Of a DNA stretch of 64,000 nucleotides, positions 12,790 to 31,555 are shown one piece after another. A program made the position numbers and the translations under genes. Source of the DNA: Takakia lepidozioides (Eukaryota; Plantae; Bryophyta); contig JAKLZA010000023.1 of NCBI GenBank assembly GCA_030704615.1, positions 3,001 through 67,000 of the forward strand. The letters are read 5' to 3'. Each line of letters begins with the position of its first letter. The first letter of the stretch is position 1. The notes beneath the pieces were generated by a model. That model was not told the origin of the DNA, searched no databases, and saw nothing but the letters and a program-made list of their open reading frames with translations.

Positions 12790-12852
12790 TTCTGAGTTGG
12801 GGTCCACTTTTTTCAAAAAGTCAACATTGGGCACTGGGCGCTTAAGGGTTAA
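12790..12852 (-). mobile_element. Solo terminus of a piggyBac-like element related to 38930-52214
   Basis: ...attgggcactgggcgcttaaggg|ttaa resembles the reverse complement of the 38930 end (...attgggtctcttgggcccttaaggg|ttaa). Confidence 0.55.
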
Positions 12853-13600
12853 ATAGCGTAAAGAATTTTCAAAAAACCTCCTTTGTATTTGGAGTGGGCT
12901 TATTTCGTGGAATTTTGATCTAAGAATGACCTGGTCAGTCTGACCAACGAATGTAAAAGTGAGAGGATTGATGGACGCCAACAAGAGTGCGTCCAAGAGC
13001 CGTAAAGGATTTTGGGGGCAGATTCTTTGAGGCAAATTAGGATGCAGAAGATCGACGCTCCACGGCGCTGGCGCTTTCTGCGTTCCTAATCGGCTGTTTG
13101 ACTCTCCTAATCGGCAGTTTGACTTTAATTGCCTCATTATGGCCTGCAGCCAATCAGGGCCTCGCAGAATCTGCTCCCAAAAGTCCTTTACGCCAGGGAA
13201 CGCGCCCCCTTCTCTAGTACATTATGGCCCAAAGTTCACCGCGGTCCGAAGGTGGGCCCGCTTGTTGAATGTGGGCGACGGCCAACCAACCGTTGACACT
13301 CTGCCGTACGCAATGTCAACGCGCTTGATTCTCACTGCGTACAAACACGCACTTGTCTGTATGTATTTTCCTTTCAAACGGATCAAGTGCACTCTTGTCT
13401 TGGGCAGAATGACAGCACGCCAAATATACGGTAAATATATGCGATGCCCGGCTGGGCTGCCAGGGGTATGATAGCTTTGATGACCCGGAGAAGAAGAGGG
13501 TGGCGGCCGACGTAGCGAATAATAAGTTGGACGCGCGGGACCAGAGCAGAGGTCGTTGTCAACCTGAGTTGACCAGTGTGCCACTGCGCCCCCCCCTCGA

Positions 13601-13606
13601 TATAAA
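13601..13606 (+). promoter_or_regulatory. TATA box of GPAT
   Basis: TATAAA followed by a pyrimidine-rich leader, ~310 bp upstream of the ATG. Confidence 0.55.
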
Positions 13607-13911
13607 CCGCACACTACGCTCACTCACTCGCACCATCTCTCAGTCTCTCTCATCACCTCCCTTCATCCCCGCCCGCTCTTCTCTCCGACTTGTCTGAGAC
13701 ATACAGTCAGTTTTCTGCCTCTGCACTACACACATCTGCCTCTCTACACTACACGCAAGGTGTGGTCCACCAAGAACGCGATCGACATATTCAGATCGTT
13801 TGAGAAGCAGAACTGGGCAGTGTGAAGACGATCTGTTGATATAGTGCAGCCAGGACGTAGCTTCGAAAGATCGGGTCTTCTTCAACAACATAACATGGGT
13901 CCGAAGGCGAG

Positions 13912-15402
13912 ATGTCTGGGGCGGAGCCCTTCGATTACATTGAGAAATGCAGCTCCGATGGGCGAGAGAAACAGACGGTAATAGATTTGGATGGCACCTG
14001 GTCAGAGGGCGGAGCTCATTTCCCCTACTTCATGCTGGTGGCATTCGAGGCCGGGGGCTTTCTCCGTTCTCTGCTCCTCCTCCTCTTCGCCCCCATTGCT
14101 TGGTTCCTTTATCACTTCGTCTCAGAAGCTGCAGGGATCCAGGTGTTAATCTTTGTCACCTTTTGCTGGTCTTAAAGTGACTCAAATTGAGACTGTAGCC
14201 CGCGCGGTTCTGCCAAAGTTTTACTGCGAGGATCTGCACCCAGAGACATGGCGTGTGTTTTCCTCCTTTGGGAAGCGCTATGTACTGACTGCCAGTCCCC
14301 GCATAATGGTCGAGACCTTTGCAACGGAGTATCTGGGTGCGATGTGGTACTTGGGTCCGAGATCGAGGTGACCAGGAACGGGCGCGCAACAGGTTTCCTC
14401 AAAGCCCCCGGTGTCCTTGTGGGTGTGAAGAAAGAAAATTGTTTGAAGGCAACTTTCGGGGATGAGGCACCTGACGTTGGCCTCGGCGACCGCAAGACTG
14501 ACCACCCCTTCATGGCTCTGTGCAAGGAAGGCTACGTGGTGCCCGCCAACAAGGTACAAGCCGTGCAAAAGGAGAAGCTGCCAAAGCCGATCGTGTTCCA
14601 CGACGGGCGGCTTGTGCAACGCCCTACTCCACTCAACGCTCTTCTCACCCTCGTCTGGATGCCTATCGGTTTCCTTCTTGCTGTGCTTCGGATTGCTGCA
14701 GCGTCCTTGCTCCCCATGTCCTTGACATACTACGCTTTCGTTGCCCTCGGGGTTTCGAAAAGGTCACGGGAACACCCCACCTGCAGTGAAGGATGGGAAA
14801 CAGGGAGTCCTGTTTATCTGCTCCCATCGGACCTTGTTGGACCCCATATTCCTGTCGATAGCCCTTCGGCGGCCTATCACAGCAGTCACATATTCCATTT
14901 CACGTGTCTCCGAGGCCCTTTCCCAATCAAGACGGTTGCTTTGAGTCGCAACAGAGAGCAAGATGCTGCCAACATCAGCAAGCTTTTGAAGAAGGAGACT
15001 TAGCCATCCCAGAGGGAACAACATGCCGGGAGCCATTTCTTCTACGATTCTCAGCGCTTTTTGCCGAGCTGACGGACAAGATCACCCCGTGGCGATGTTC
15101 AACAGAATGTCCATGTTCCACGGCACGACTGCCACAGGGTGGAAGGGCATGGATCCTTTCTTCTTCTTCATGAACCCAAGTCCTGTCTACGAGGTTACAT
15201 TTTTGAACCAACTGCCTATGGAGCTACATGTGCGGGTGGAAAAACATCGGTTGAGGTAGCCAACTACATCCAAAGGGTTATTGCAGGGACACTGAATTTC
15301 CAGTGCACAAACTTCACTCGCAGGGACAAGTACAAGGTTCTCGCTGGGAATGATGGTAGCGTGCCCGGCAAGACCACATTCTACCGACAAGATTACAAGT
15401 AG
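13912..15402 (+). CDS. GPAT: sn-2 glycerol-3-phosphate acyltransferase/phosphatase (GPAT4/6/8-type, cutin pathway), intronless, several 1-bp frameshifts
   Basis: HAD motifs DLDGT and GLGDRKTD; [13 protein letters not shown]; [10 protein letters not shown]; [14 protein letters not shown]; acyltransferase CSHRTLLDP and PEGTTCREP; [14 protein letters not shown]; [14 protein letters not shown]. Confidence 0.93.
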
Positions 15403-18400
15403 CTAAAACTCCGTGGGCCAGAACTCGGCCATTACATTCTTCAACCCCACTCTGAGGAGGCTGTTTTTCTTGCACGACTCCAGTGATTGGGTGTAAATCA
15501 GTGCGATCGAGTTGACTCACTCCTAAACTAGACTTTTGGCTGCGAGCTGCCGCCATTCATAGCATCTAAGTTTCTCAATTATTGGGATTTCTCTCAAAAG
15601 AGAGAAGGCCGTAGAGTTACTGCACATTGGCGTAGAGCTACTGCACATTGTTCAAATCTTCACTGTAGAGTTTACCCATCCAAAACAAATGCAGTTTTAG
15701 ACATTTAGAAAGGACAGTTTCCGATTGTACAGACTGTAGCATGGTGAAAATTTGCGTACTGCACAATTTGCAGGTGCCAATCTTCAATTCAAATCGATCC
15801 TGAAGTTCACATGTTAATAGTTTCTTCCGATGGCAGTCCTCGTCCTCACAAAAATTATTGTGCCAACCCACTGACTGAAGTACTCAATGGATCACGTCTT
15901 TGCTAAATGTATGTACATCAATTAAATAGACACAAATACCTGCAATGACAGTTATTTAGCAGTGGTTTACATCATGAATCTTCGTCAGGATTGTTCTGGG
16001 ATAGTCAACATTGTTCACAAGGTCGGTTTCACGCAAGCTCATGTCTCTTTGATGATGAATCCCCAAAAATTTACTTGTCGATGTTTGCGAACTGCGATTA
16101 CTGACTGATACTGCCCTGGTAGCGTTGGTTGCGGTGCGGCACTATTAACAGCAAGATCAAAGGCTTGGTTCTTCCTCCACGTCGTTGAACAACTCACAGC
16201 TCTCATTGAATTCAGGATCAATGGCCGGTTATCGTCACTCATGAATGCACAGTTTGTGTTCTCTTTTAACGCACATATAGGATCATGAATAAACGGATCC
16301 GGACGACTTGCCAAACCATCTCCATGTTCATCTTGAAAGCGGGTTCCCGTACTATTGTCACAGTTAGGCCGGGCTGCAGTTTCAGCTCCAAATTGCCTCA
16401 CCTGGGGAGCTGAAATTCAAGCCTGGAATGTTTGTTGGAAACACAGTATAACTTGTAACAAACTCAGGAGCAGCCTACAGCTCAGATTACATTAAATTGC
16501 ATTCTCCAATTACGAAGCTTCTCCACCACCATCCACGGAGCGGACTCAACTTCAGCCAATTCGTGAAAATGAAATCTTAACTAGGCAATGGGCATGATCC
16601 TGGGCCAAGTTTGTACACCTGGGATTCAAGCATTTAACGCATATCCGGGGTCGCCAAGAGGCGGCCTACTACTCCACACGGGCTCTTCCACATGTGACTG
16701 GAAAGGATGATCTTCTACTGCAGCTTGTGCATCGGAGATATACAGTGAACTCACACATGATGTATTTTTTGCCCATTCCTGGGAAGTCGAAGTTAGAAAC
16801 AGACAACGCTTGACAACTCACAAATTTACTCTCATTAATAAGCTTTCATCGACAATGGGGCGTCCCGCGGCTGGTGCTAGCAGACGTCTGGAGTCTGGAA
16901 ACGCATCTCCCGTCTCCAGCCTCTCGCCAGCTCATTGAGCATTCCCCCTACACCTGTGGCACAATCTTGTCTGCTGTCGAATAAGTCCTAGGGAAGCTCT
17001 TCAAAACAGGACGAGATCTCCCCAGCACTTCTGAATGAGGATGCACCTGCATGATTTCTCCCAGAAGACATGTTGTGTCTCTTCAAGAATTCATGGAACC
17101 CAGTATGACTACAGATCTGTACAGGTTCGATCGCTTCTGGAACCACTGCAAAATCCTCACGTTAAGAATGTACTGCAATTCTCCAACGCCATCGCAAATA
17201 AACACTTGTGAACTCTTCGTCCGGAGCACTTACCCTGATTGCACCAATCTAACAGATTCTACAAGAACTCTGTGAAATTTTCTAAGAAATCAATAAGATC
17301 AAGAATCTCTATTCTGATGTAAACTATGAGAAGTGGTCCGAGAAGACACGCTGTGGGCCCATAACCCACAGTGAATGACTAAACAAAGCTCAGACCAGAC
17401 GTATCAACGTACTTGTTCACTGCAAGCAGCGACAAGGATACCCGATAACACCAAAGTTGCACACACACTGGAGATGTGAGATGTACTCAACAGGAGAGGA
17501 GGTAACTGTATGGCGGGAACACCAGTTCAAACATTCAAACCCTGATGCCAACAAGAAGTAACTAGTAACTAATATGAGGTGGATGCCAACTGGATACGTT
17601 ACTTGATATATTTATAATTTAAGTTGATATGTTATCTTCATCACACATATAATGATTCGATGTGATTGATTTTATTTTGTGATGCAATCTAGGTACACTT
17701 GCTCGTATGGACTGGAAGATTACCACAATGCAGTGTTTTTGTTTTGTTTTGTTTTTTTTCATTTTTCCAAAATCGCTACAAGGGCCATGTAATTCGACAG
17801 CGCTCATGTGGCCAGAATAACGAGGTGGCAGGGTTAGAAAAGTGGCTTCATAACAGGTGGCACGTTTAAACATGTCCATGTAGGCAAAATCAGGCTCCTG
17901 ATGGCGCTTTCTGGCGAATTTTCGATTTTTACCCATTTTCAAGGTCTAAATCTGGTGATTTTTCGCCAGAAAAGTTTTTAAGGTAAAAAGAGAACAGAAA
18001 ACACTGCCGCAGCATCCTTGTTCCCAAGTTACCTATACATAAATTTCACCAAATGTGATGTCCATATCGATGAATTCAAAGTGAAATGTGTGGTTTACAA
18101 TCCCACTTTGTCAGAAGGCCTTCAACATACTGTAAACATACAAACAGTTTTGAAATCATTGTGGATGACAAAACTTTGTCACTAGATTATCTCACATAAC
18201 TTGAGTTGCTGTGAGACAACTTTCTCGAGTGCGTTTGAGGGTTTGATTACGTAGATGAAAGTAAGAATCACAACAGGAAAAAAATTATTTTATTTTAAAA
18301 TCAACCATAAAAATCTTCTACCTACCTCATGCCAAATCATCATGGGGATTGTATTGTATTTAAAACTGAGAAGGGAAGATTTTTTCTGTACGGGTCGTAT

Positions 18401-18905
18401 TTGAATGTCCACCTAAGTCTCAACATATAGACTTTGGAGGGAAACTTCATAAGCGTTTTGGAAGGGAAAGAGACATACAAGGTGTAAGTACGAAGTAGAG
18501 GGAAGCTCAGTGGGAACAAGCTGCAGGCTGCCAAAGATTTCTACACTCAAAGACATTATGTTGCATGAAGACAGCAAATCAATGATGCAAAAGCAGATGA
18601 CTCTGATGCATCAATGAGCTGCAGAGGCAAGGCCATCATGCAAATATGGAGCCTCTAAACGGCTGACAAATGCAACTTCCACAAGCCATAGCAAGTCTAG
18701 CAGGTGGAAATCGTAACCCCAAAAGTGCTTGTCCAACTTTTCAACCATGTGTGCCTTCAGAAAGAGGCAATACTTTGCACTCCTTCAAACAACACCAAAC
18801 GTTCTATTTAGGTCATGAAGATGGTGACTATACATGAAACCACAAGCATCCATCAGTGGATTGTTGTTCAAAGAAGTGCGTGCACGCTTGAGGTTTCTGT
18901 CCTTG

Positions 18906-24509
<5,604 letters not shown>

Positions 24510-25263
24510 ACATGAGTACCACGTAAATCCGCCTCTTTCTCTTCTTATCTATACGGCCTTCCAAACAACTTAGATGCCCTTCCTTCCGCACCCTACAACG
24601 TCTAGAAATCAAAGGAAGAATGCGAGCAACGAGGGATCCGGAAAAGAGATGCGAGACACAAGAGACAGTGATCTCATCTGCTAGGGTTTGCCTGGCCTGC
24701 ACGGATGACCCGTCGTCCGCCTGGATGATCACCCGACCGTTATGGATGATTATCTCAACTCCCTGATGATCGTCGGTATGAGTATGCGTAGTGCCCTATT
24801 CCATCCGCGACACATGGAGCCGTCTTACGCGTCGTCACGCGCGATGTTATCTTCGTCTGCGCTGGAGTCCTGCGAGAAGGCAGAACGAAGCATCTCTACA
24901 GTGCTTGCTGTTTTGGGGTTGCAAGCTGCCCTTCATCTCTCCCGTCGTGCAAGATCTTTGCACGGAAATTGTGGTCATCATGCAAGAGTTTCCATTTTGC
25001 TATTGCTTATAAGACAATCTCGAACTATTAGGTTTTTGACGTAACCGTGCTGGATAGCAAGGAAAACGAGAATTTTGTGTGAACAATTTCCCAGTTGGTC
25101 ATATCACACAGGGAAGTATAGAGTCCTCTCTCTTTCACCACTCTCTTTCTGACACAGGAACAACAGGAGAAATTTCTTTTGTACGTTTCAGAACTTAAAA
25201 GGTGGGCAACACATCACATCTATAGCATCTAATTTGAGTCTAATTTCTGGGGTTGCTGGTTGG

Positions 25264-26684
25264 CTACTCTTGCAATGGGGGCGCTTCTTCTACTGAGTCT
25301 CCAAGTACTGAAAGGTTCTCCGGAGTCCTCCTCGAGGACACCACTTTGTTCTTTCAGGGCCTCTTTGAACACTGCTGTGCTTTTGATGTCAGTTGCCCCT
25401 GAATTGAATGTTCTGACGGCCACCACACAGGCCACCAACTGCCAACCTCCCCCAACATAAGGCTGGGTTAGCAAAGCTGAAAGATGTTGTACATATTACA
25501 TTCTACGGGTATGCAGGCTTGCAGCCAGATTAGGATCGTGCCTTCTGGGAATGTACGAGAGATGTATTCATTAGCATACCCGAAGGCCATAGTCCTCAGG
25601 ATCTATACTAATCTTCCAGGGAGGGGGTTTCAGCCCACAGGAGAATATGAGACTCATTCCTCAATTGCAATAGCCAACGACAAGCTGCTTATGTCAAGGA
25701 ATTGTCGCTGATGATCTATTGCCATCATGCTACAAAACACAATGTTGTGTAGAATATGGCCTCCAGTCAGCACTCCCAGGCACTGCGTGTCTGGGACAAA
25801 GCCTGAGAGAGGAGAGAGAGAGACACATTTCTCAAAGCCCCCCAAAACCCATGCTGTTAGAAAGTTTTTGGTTTGCAGCCAGATGGATTTCTGGGACTAA
25901 ACATGAGTTGATATAGTAGTCTCGAAGAAGGCCCTGTGAGGAAGCAGCAGCCAGTGCTCTGCACAGTAGGGATCAAGTAGAGCGGTGACTGCTGTTGTAT
26001 TGCTGCACATTCTGCTTTTCCCCACCCAGATCACTGCGGCCAACTTCTTCCAGCTGTTCCAGCTGCTATATCTGCTCTATCTGTACGTCTTATGCCCACT
26101 GACATAGCCCATATGTTGTTAGCTGCTACATATAGCTACAACAGTATTTACAATATCCTTGTTTTTTCGTTCTTTTGAAGAATTCTCCATCTTCTACAGG
26201 GTTTCGCAGGATTGTAGTCTTCTACCTATTATTACACTGCCAGTCGCACAGAGAGAGGAGGGAAACGAGCGAGATATGACCCTCTAGATAGTAAGTGACC
26301 GAGAAACAGAGCGCAAAATACATACCGCAACAACGATGCCGAAAGCCCACAAATACTGAACTATCAAGCCCAGAGTATTCCACTGGGGACCCTCCAAAAA
26401 CTAGGCTGTTCGCCGTCGAGTTTTGACATCACCATCTCGTATTTCAGCCAGTCTCTTCCGCAGTCATCTCTGGCTCTGGTGGAGACACGGTGACCCCCCT
26501 TCCCTCTCGAAGACACATTCTTGGCACCTGTAATTTGAAGCCTTCCCCTCGAAAGCGTGTTATGAGTTGAAAGTGAGACGACGGAGAGGAGAGCGATGGT
26601 GGATGCGAAAAAGATCGAGGCTTTGTAGAGATTCTGGACTGATGAATAACGAGCGAGGGAGAGAGCTGCTGTGAGGGACGCCAT
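25264..26684 (-). CDS. Small plastid-targeted membrane protein of unknown function, 2 exons (26684-26326, 25438-25264)
   Basis: S/A/R-rich transit-like start MASLTAALSLAR. Hydrophobic GPQWNTLGLIVQYLWAFGIVVA|LVACVVAVRTFNSGATDIK spans a GT-AG intron, followed by an acidic tail. Resembles a conserved plant family from memory, name not recalled. Confidence 0.7.
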
Positions 26685-27265
26685 AGCTCCTTGCAAAGAT
26701 AAACAACTGAAGAGAGAGACAGCAGCTGCCCATGCCCGGGAAATAAGAAAAAATTTAAATAATTCTCCAAAACATTATATTTTTACAGCTGCCCATCACA
26801 CACCGCGCGGAGAGACCGCGCGGTCCGCACGCAGGGCGGGCCATCTTCTTTCCTCATCACCAGCTGCGGATCCCTACTTATCCAAGATCCTATCCAACCC
26901 GCACACCGATCTGAGCTCTTGAATAGTTCAAAAGAATCTCAGAGCAACTCATCTAGCGAGCATAAGTTTCTCAGCTCTGTTTCTTTTGGATTTGACCACA
27001 AGTCACACTGCCGCCCTCCTGATTCTGATTCTGGTTCAGATTTGGCAGCTGATTAGTGCATAACCAAGTGTAAAATCTGCTTCTGCTTTCATTTTCTGCT
27101 GGCCCTATTGTCTTTCTTGCGGGATTGTCGCCTTATCTCCTTCCTTTGTCTGGGTCTGGAGGCCTGCTTCAGCCTCACCGTTTAGGGAGTACTGATCTCT
27201 CTTGTCGTCTTGGGATTCTTTTCATGGAGTTTGAGTAGTGAGGGGAAGTGGTGGGAGCTGTTGGC

Positions 27266-30200
27266 ATGCGCAATGTATTGGGTCCCATGCCATGCCGGAC
27301 GGTAAAGGTGGTTTTCGGATTGGACTATGACGCATTGTTGACAATGAACAGCGGAGCACCCCGTGTGTCTAGTGTTGGTCTGAGCTCTGTGGTGCCCTGG
27401 CTGGTGGGTGGATGGTGGAAATCAGGGAAGCTGGGAAACGCTGTTTATGAGGTCCATCTCTTGAGCACTCCATTGGAGAGAAGAATTCAAGATTTCGACA
27501 CAATTGCCGCAGGTTGTCAGGAGGCGGTTGTGTAATCCGACATCCGGCTGGAGGCTGGAGTTGATTTGATATGGGACGAGGGCCCTTCTGGTAGGTGGGG
27601 CGGGCATGACGGGGGAGGTGTGGTAGCGAGAGCAAGATCCGGAGACATGACTAGGTAGGGGGCTAGCTTGCTGCCCCCACGAAGTAGTTGCAAGGGGGTG
27701 TAATTTGGGAAGTGGGCAGAGTTTGTTGCAGGGGATACGCATTGCCGGGCCTGGTCAAGTTCGCAATCTATCTCGACAGGCAAGGGCCATACAGCGGCAT
27801 CAATGGCAGAGCTACGGTATTCCCAAGGTGAACTTGCACGGGGCCTCACTGTCCTACGTCGCAACATTGTGATCAAGTCGTCCTTTGCGGATGCTGAGGG
27901 TGGAGACTTGCAGAGAGAATTCGATGAGGCGTCCGAAATTGACCCCAGCATAGGGCGAACACCAACATTGCTAGTACCTTGAATGAGAAGGTGGTGGAGA
28001 CTCGCAGTGGAATGCAAGGCATGGCAGAAGCTTTTCACATTGCACCTCGGACTGCCGTTGGCATCACAGCAGCTATTGGGTTGGCGGCACTGGTGGTGCC
28101 CCTGTACATGCCATCCCAGCAGGGCTGCCCCTAAAACTTTCGTTCTCTCCTATATGACTCTGCTGTTTGGTTTCTACATGGCCTGGAACATCGGTGCCAA
28201 TGATGTGGCCCAACGCCATGGGTACGTCAGTGGGTTCTGGTGCTCTCTCTCTCCGCCAGGCTGTGTTGACAGCTGCAGTTTTAGAGTTCAGTGGGCCTTC
28301 ATGGTAGGCTCTCATGTGAGCCACACAATGCAATCAGGGATCTTGACAGCTGGTGTGTTCAATGGGAAAGACTCACTGCTGTTTTGTGGAATGATTTCAT
28401 CTCTTGGAGCTGCTGGCACCTGGCTGCAGGTGAGTAAATTGTTGAAAGGTTATGCAATGTAGTTTTTGAGGTTCTAGGTGGGTAGGTTTAAGTTCTCCTA
28501 TTGGCAGGGAGCTGTGTCTTTGGCAAAGTGACTATGGATGACCAAAGCTCAGTGAATGGCCTTCAGGTAATCAGGGTAGGAAGCTGATCGATAGCTGTCA
28601 CAATAGCATTAGCGCAATCAACCGGTCTTGTGTGTGTAACTTGAAATTCCACATAATAGTAGTTTTAGTAGTTCCACAAAGGAACTTGCACAAGACTTTG
28701 TGAAACCATCCCACTAGCTGACATAAGAAAATACATGCCAAGTCGTCCCCTGCAGTAATACTTTTGCAAGTAAGGCCTGTATTGGCAAATTAGGGCAAGT
28801 AACAAGCACACAGGGTGTGGGTGCAGGTGGCATCTTACTATGGATGGCCCGTGTCGACCACACATTGTATTATTGGAGCAATGGTGGGATTTGGCCTTGT
28901 ATATGGTGGGATTGGGGCAGTTTATTGGAAATCTTTGGCTCGTGTTGTCTCATCCTGGGTAGTATCACCCTTAATGGGTGCAGTGGTTTCATTCATTGTA
29001 TACAAATGTATTCGAACTGTAAGTACTATATCTCTGGTCCCCCTCCACAAGTCTTCAGGGCATTAATGCTTGTGATGCCATATTTCAAACCTAATATCAG
29101 CAACAGTGAACTCCTTCAAATATTTTGATAATTTTATGTGGCGACTGACTTAAGTCTGGATATTGTATTATGGTGTTTGCCTACGAGGCATGCTGTTAGC
29201 ATAGTTAAAGGACAACTGATTTGCTTTACGTTGTCCGAAGTGTTTCAAATCCACTTTCATGTTGCTGAAATGCCTATGTTCACTATGCTTTAGAGAATAT
29301 ATAGCTTCCTTTAATGCTGTGCAAGAAGTAGATGATGGCAAGTGAAGGATGAAGGAAGTGGGCTAGCAATGACAGGGGATGGGTGGGGAAGCAGTTTGTG
29401 TACAGTGCATCAAATCCAGGGCAAGCAGCAGCCACAGCAGCCCCAATAGCTGTGTTCATTGGCGTGGCTGCATTGTCATTCACTGCATTTCCTAGCAAGG
29501 CAGGTGTTTTACTGTCGGCAGCACAGGCACTGGGTTTTGGAATGATAGGGGCAATTCTTATTACTGTGGTCATTCGGCGCCAGTTGGGTGGTCTGCTAGG
29601 TGCATATTGCGAACTGCCTGTGGAAACTAGGACAGATGAGAAGGTGGGCAAGCAATCTTTGAGTTTGATGTCAAAGGTGGAAGGGCCCAAAGGCACACAG
29701 CTTCGCATCGTGTACAGCATATTTGGGTATTTGCAGGTGTTGTCAGCATGCTTTATGTCATTTGCACATGGGGCAAACGATGTTGCCAATGCGATTGGAC
29801 CCATATCTGCCGCCTTAGCCATTCTGCATGGCAATGGGTTAAGTACAGGGCCTCAGGCAGGCATGCCCACTGATGTACTGGCCTGGGGCGGATTTGGGAT
29901 AGTAGCTGGGCTGATGGTTTGGGGTTATCGGGTCATAGCCACCATAGGGAAGAAAATTACGGAGTTAACACCGACTCGTGGCTTTGCAGCAGAATTTGCA
30001 GCTGCCACTGTGGTGGTACTTGCCTCACGACTTGGTCTGCCCATCTCTGCCACCCACACTCTGGTTGGGGCAGTCATGGGGTTGGCTTTGCACGTGGCCT
30101 TAACAGTGTGCGGGGTGAAGTCGTTCGTGAGATTGTGGCATCCTGGATGGTTACCATCCCAGTTGGAGCTGTCCTCTCTGTACTTTACACCTTCATTCTT

Positions 30201-30278
30201 ATCAGGCTTGTTCCATCGTTTAGTGTGAATACCAAATTCATTCTTATAAGGCTTGAGCTTGTTCCATCTTTATTGTGA
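27266..30278 (+). CDS. PHT2;1: Plastid inorganic phosphate transporter PHT2;1 (PiT/PHO4 family), 3 exons
   Basis: [56 protein letters not shown]. Introns at ~28430-28826 and ~29019-29394. Start approximate; a ~45-bp duplication at the 3' end blurs the stop. Confidence 0.92.
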
Positions 30279-31555
30279 ATACTAATTTCCAGTTTTGCAT
30301 AACTCAGAAGCAGCAAGAACCTGGACAGAGTCCCATACTGAAAGCTATGCCTCAGTTACAAAAAATCTGTAGAATTCTTCTGTTCTTTGGTTGTAGGCGA
30401 ATCATTGGTAAAGTGGAAAGAGTCTTTTTTTTATTTGCGATACTTGTATTTGTGGGTGTGCCAGTGTTAGGATTACTTTTACTTTTAGTGCACTTCCACA
30501 CAGAAGTCGGGGTCAGTATGTCTTGCAGGTTGCTCATTGGGTCACTGGCTGTTAGCAAAACTTCCAAGAGTTTCCCAAGATCTGGTCAAATGCAGTGAGG
30601 GTGTCAGTAGACACTGACCAGTACACAGTGGATTGAGGTGTAGCCTTTATGTGGTTCCCATCTTCTATGACCATGGGGTGCTCACAGTACCCCGCAATCT
30701 CAACCTTAAGTTTCTTAAGAGATCAGCAGGGACTTGCATTAAAGACAACCTTATGATATTCCTTGCTAGTTTTCTCCCAACCGATTACTATACTAATGGG
30801 AGTAATTCCAAGAACTGGAAGATCATATGGTACAAATAGTACTGCATTGTTTGATATCAGGCCAGTGCAAGTTCATCTTGTCTGCGAGGCCCTGGTCATC
30901 TGATGACACAAAATCTTCATGCCACTACTGTTGTTAGATGTATACCCTTAGTTTGTCAGCTCAAACCTCAATTTAGACTGCCAAAGGAGAGGAAAGGGGC
31001 AAGTCCACAGATCAAACTTTATGTATGCAGTATGCACCACATCAACAAACTGAGGCCCTACACGAAGCCCAGGAAGGATGCCCTCGAAAACAAGTTAAGC
31101 TTCCAAACCAAACTTGAAACATGACCACCTCCACGAGGCACCCACAGCACTGGACTATGCAATATAAGTTTCAGCGCCCAATCTGCATCAGATGCCAACC
31201 CCCATCTCCTTTCATTGTTTTCTTCATTTTCTCCATCTACAAAGTAGCTGTGCTCTCATCATTCATACATATGTACAGTTCCCTTTTGCCGGGTTAACCT
31301 GTCTGTGGCTGCAAGCCAGCAAACAGCCTTTGCAATCTGTTATTGTTGGTGTAAAACTGGTTCAATGCAACCAATGGGGTTGCTGGGAAATTGTTTCTGC
31401 AAATCTACAAGTCTTAATACAACCTTCTGGAGGCTTCTGAGGTATGAACTACCCTGGTGGATCGGTAAGTGGTGTCATCAGCCAGGCCATGCACCCAAGG
31501 CCTCTGGCCGTGTCAGGCAATGAAAAGAATTATTTTACCAGTAGGACTTGGACAC

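Noticed and set aside
16039-17275. Possible minus-strand gene between GPAT and CK2
   Set aside because: Only short ORFs with no identifiable motif or consistent splice model.
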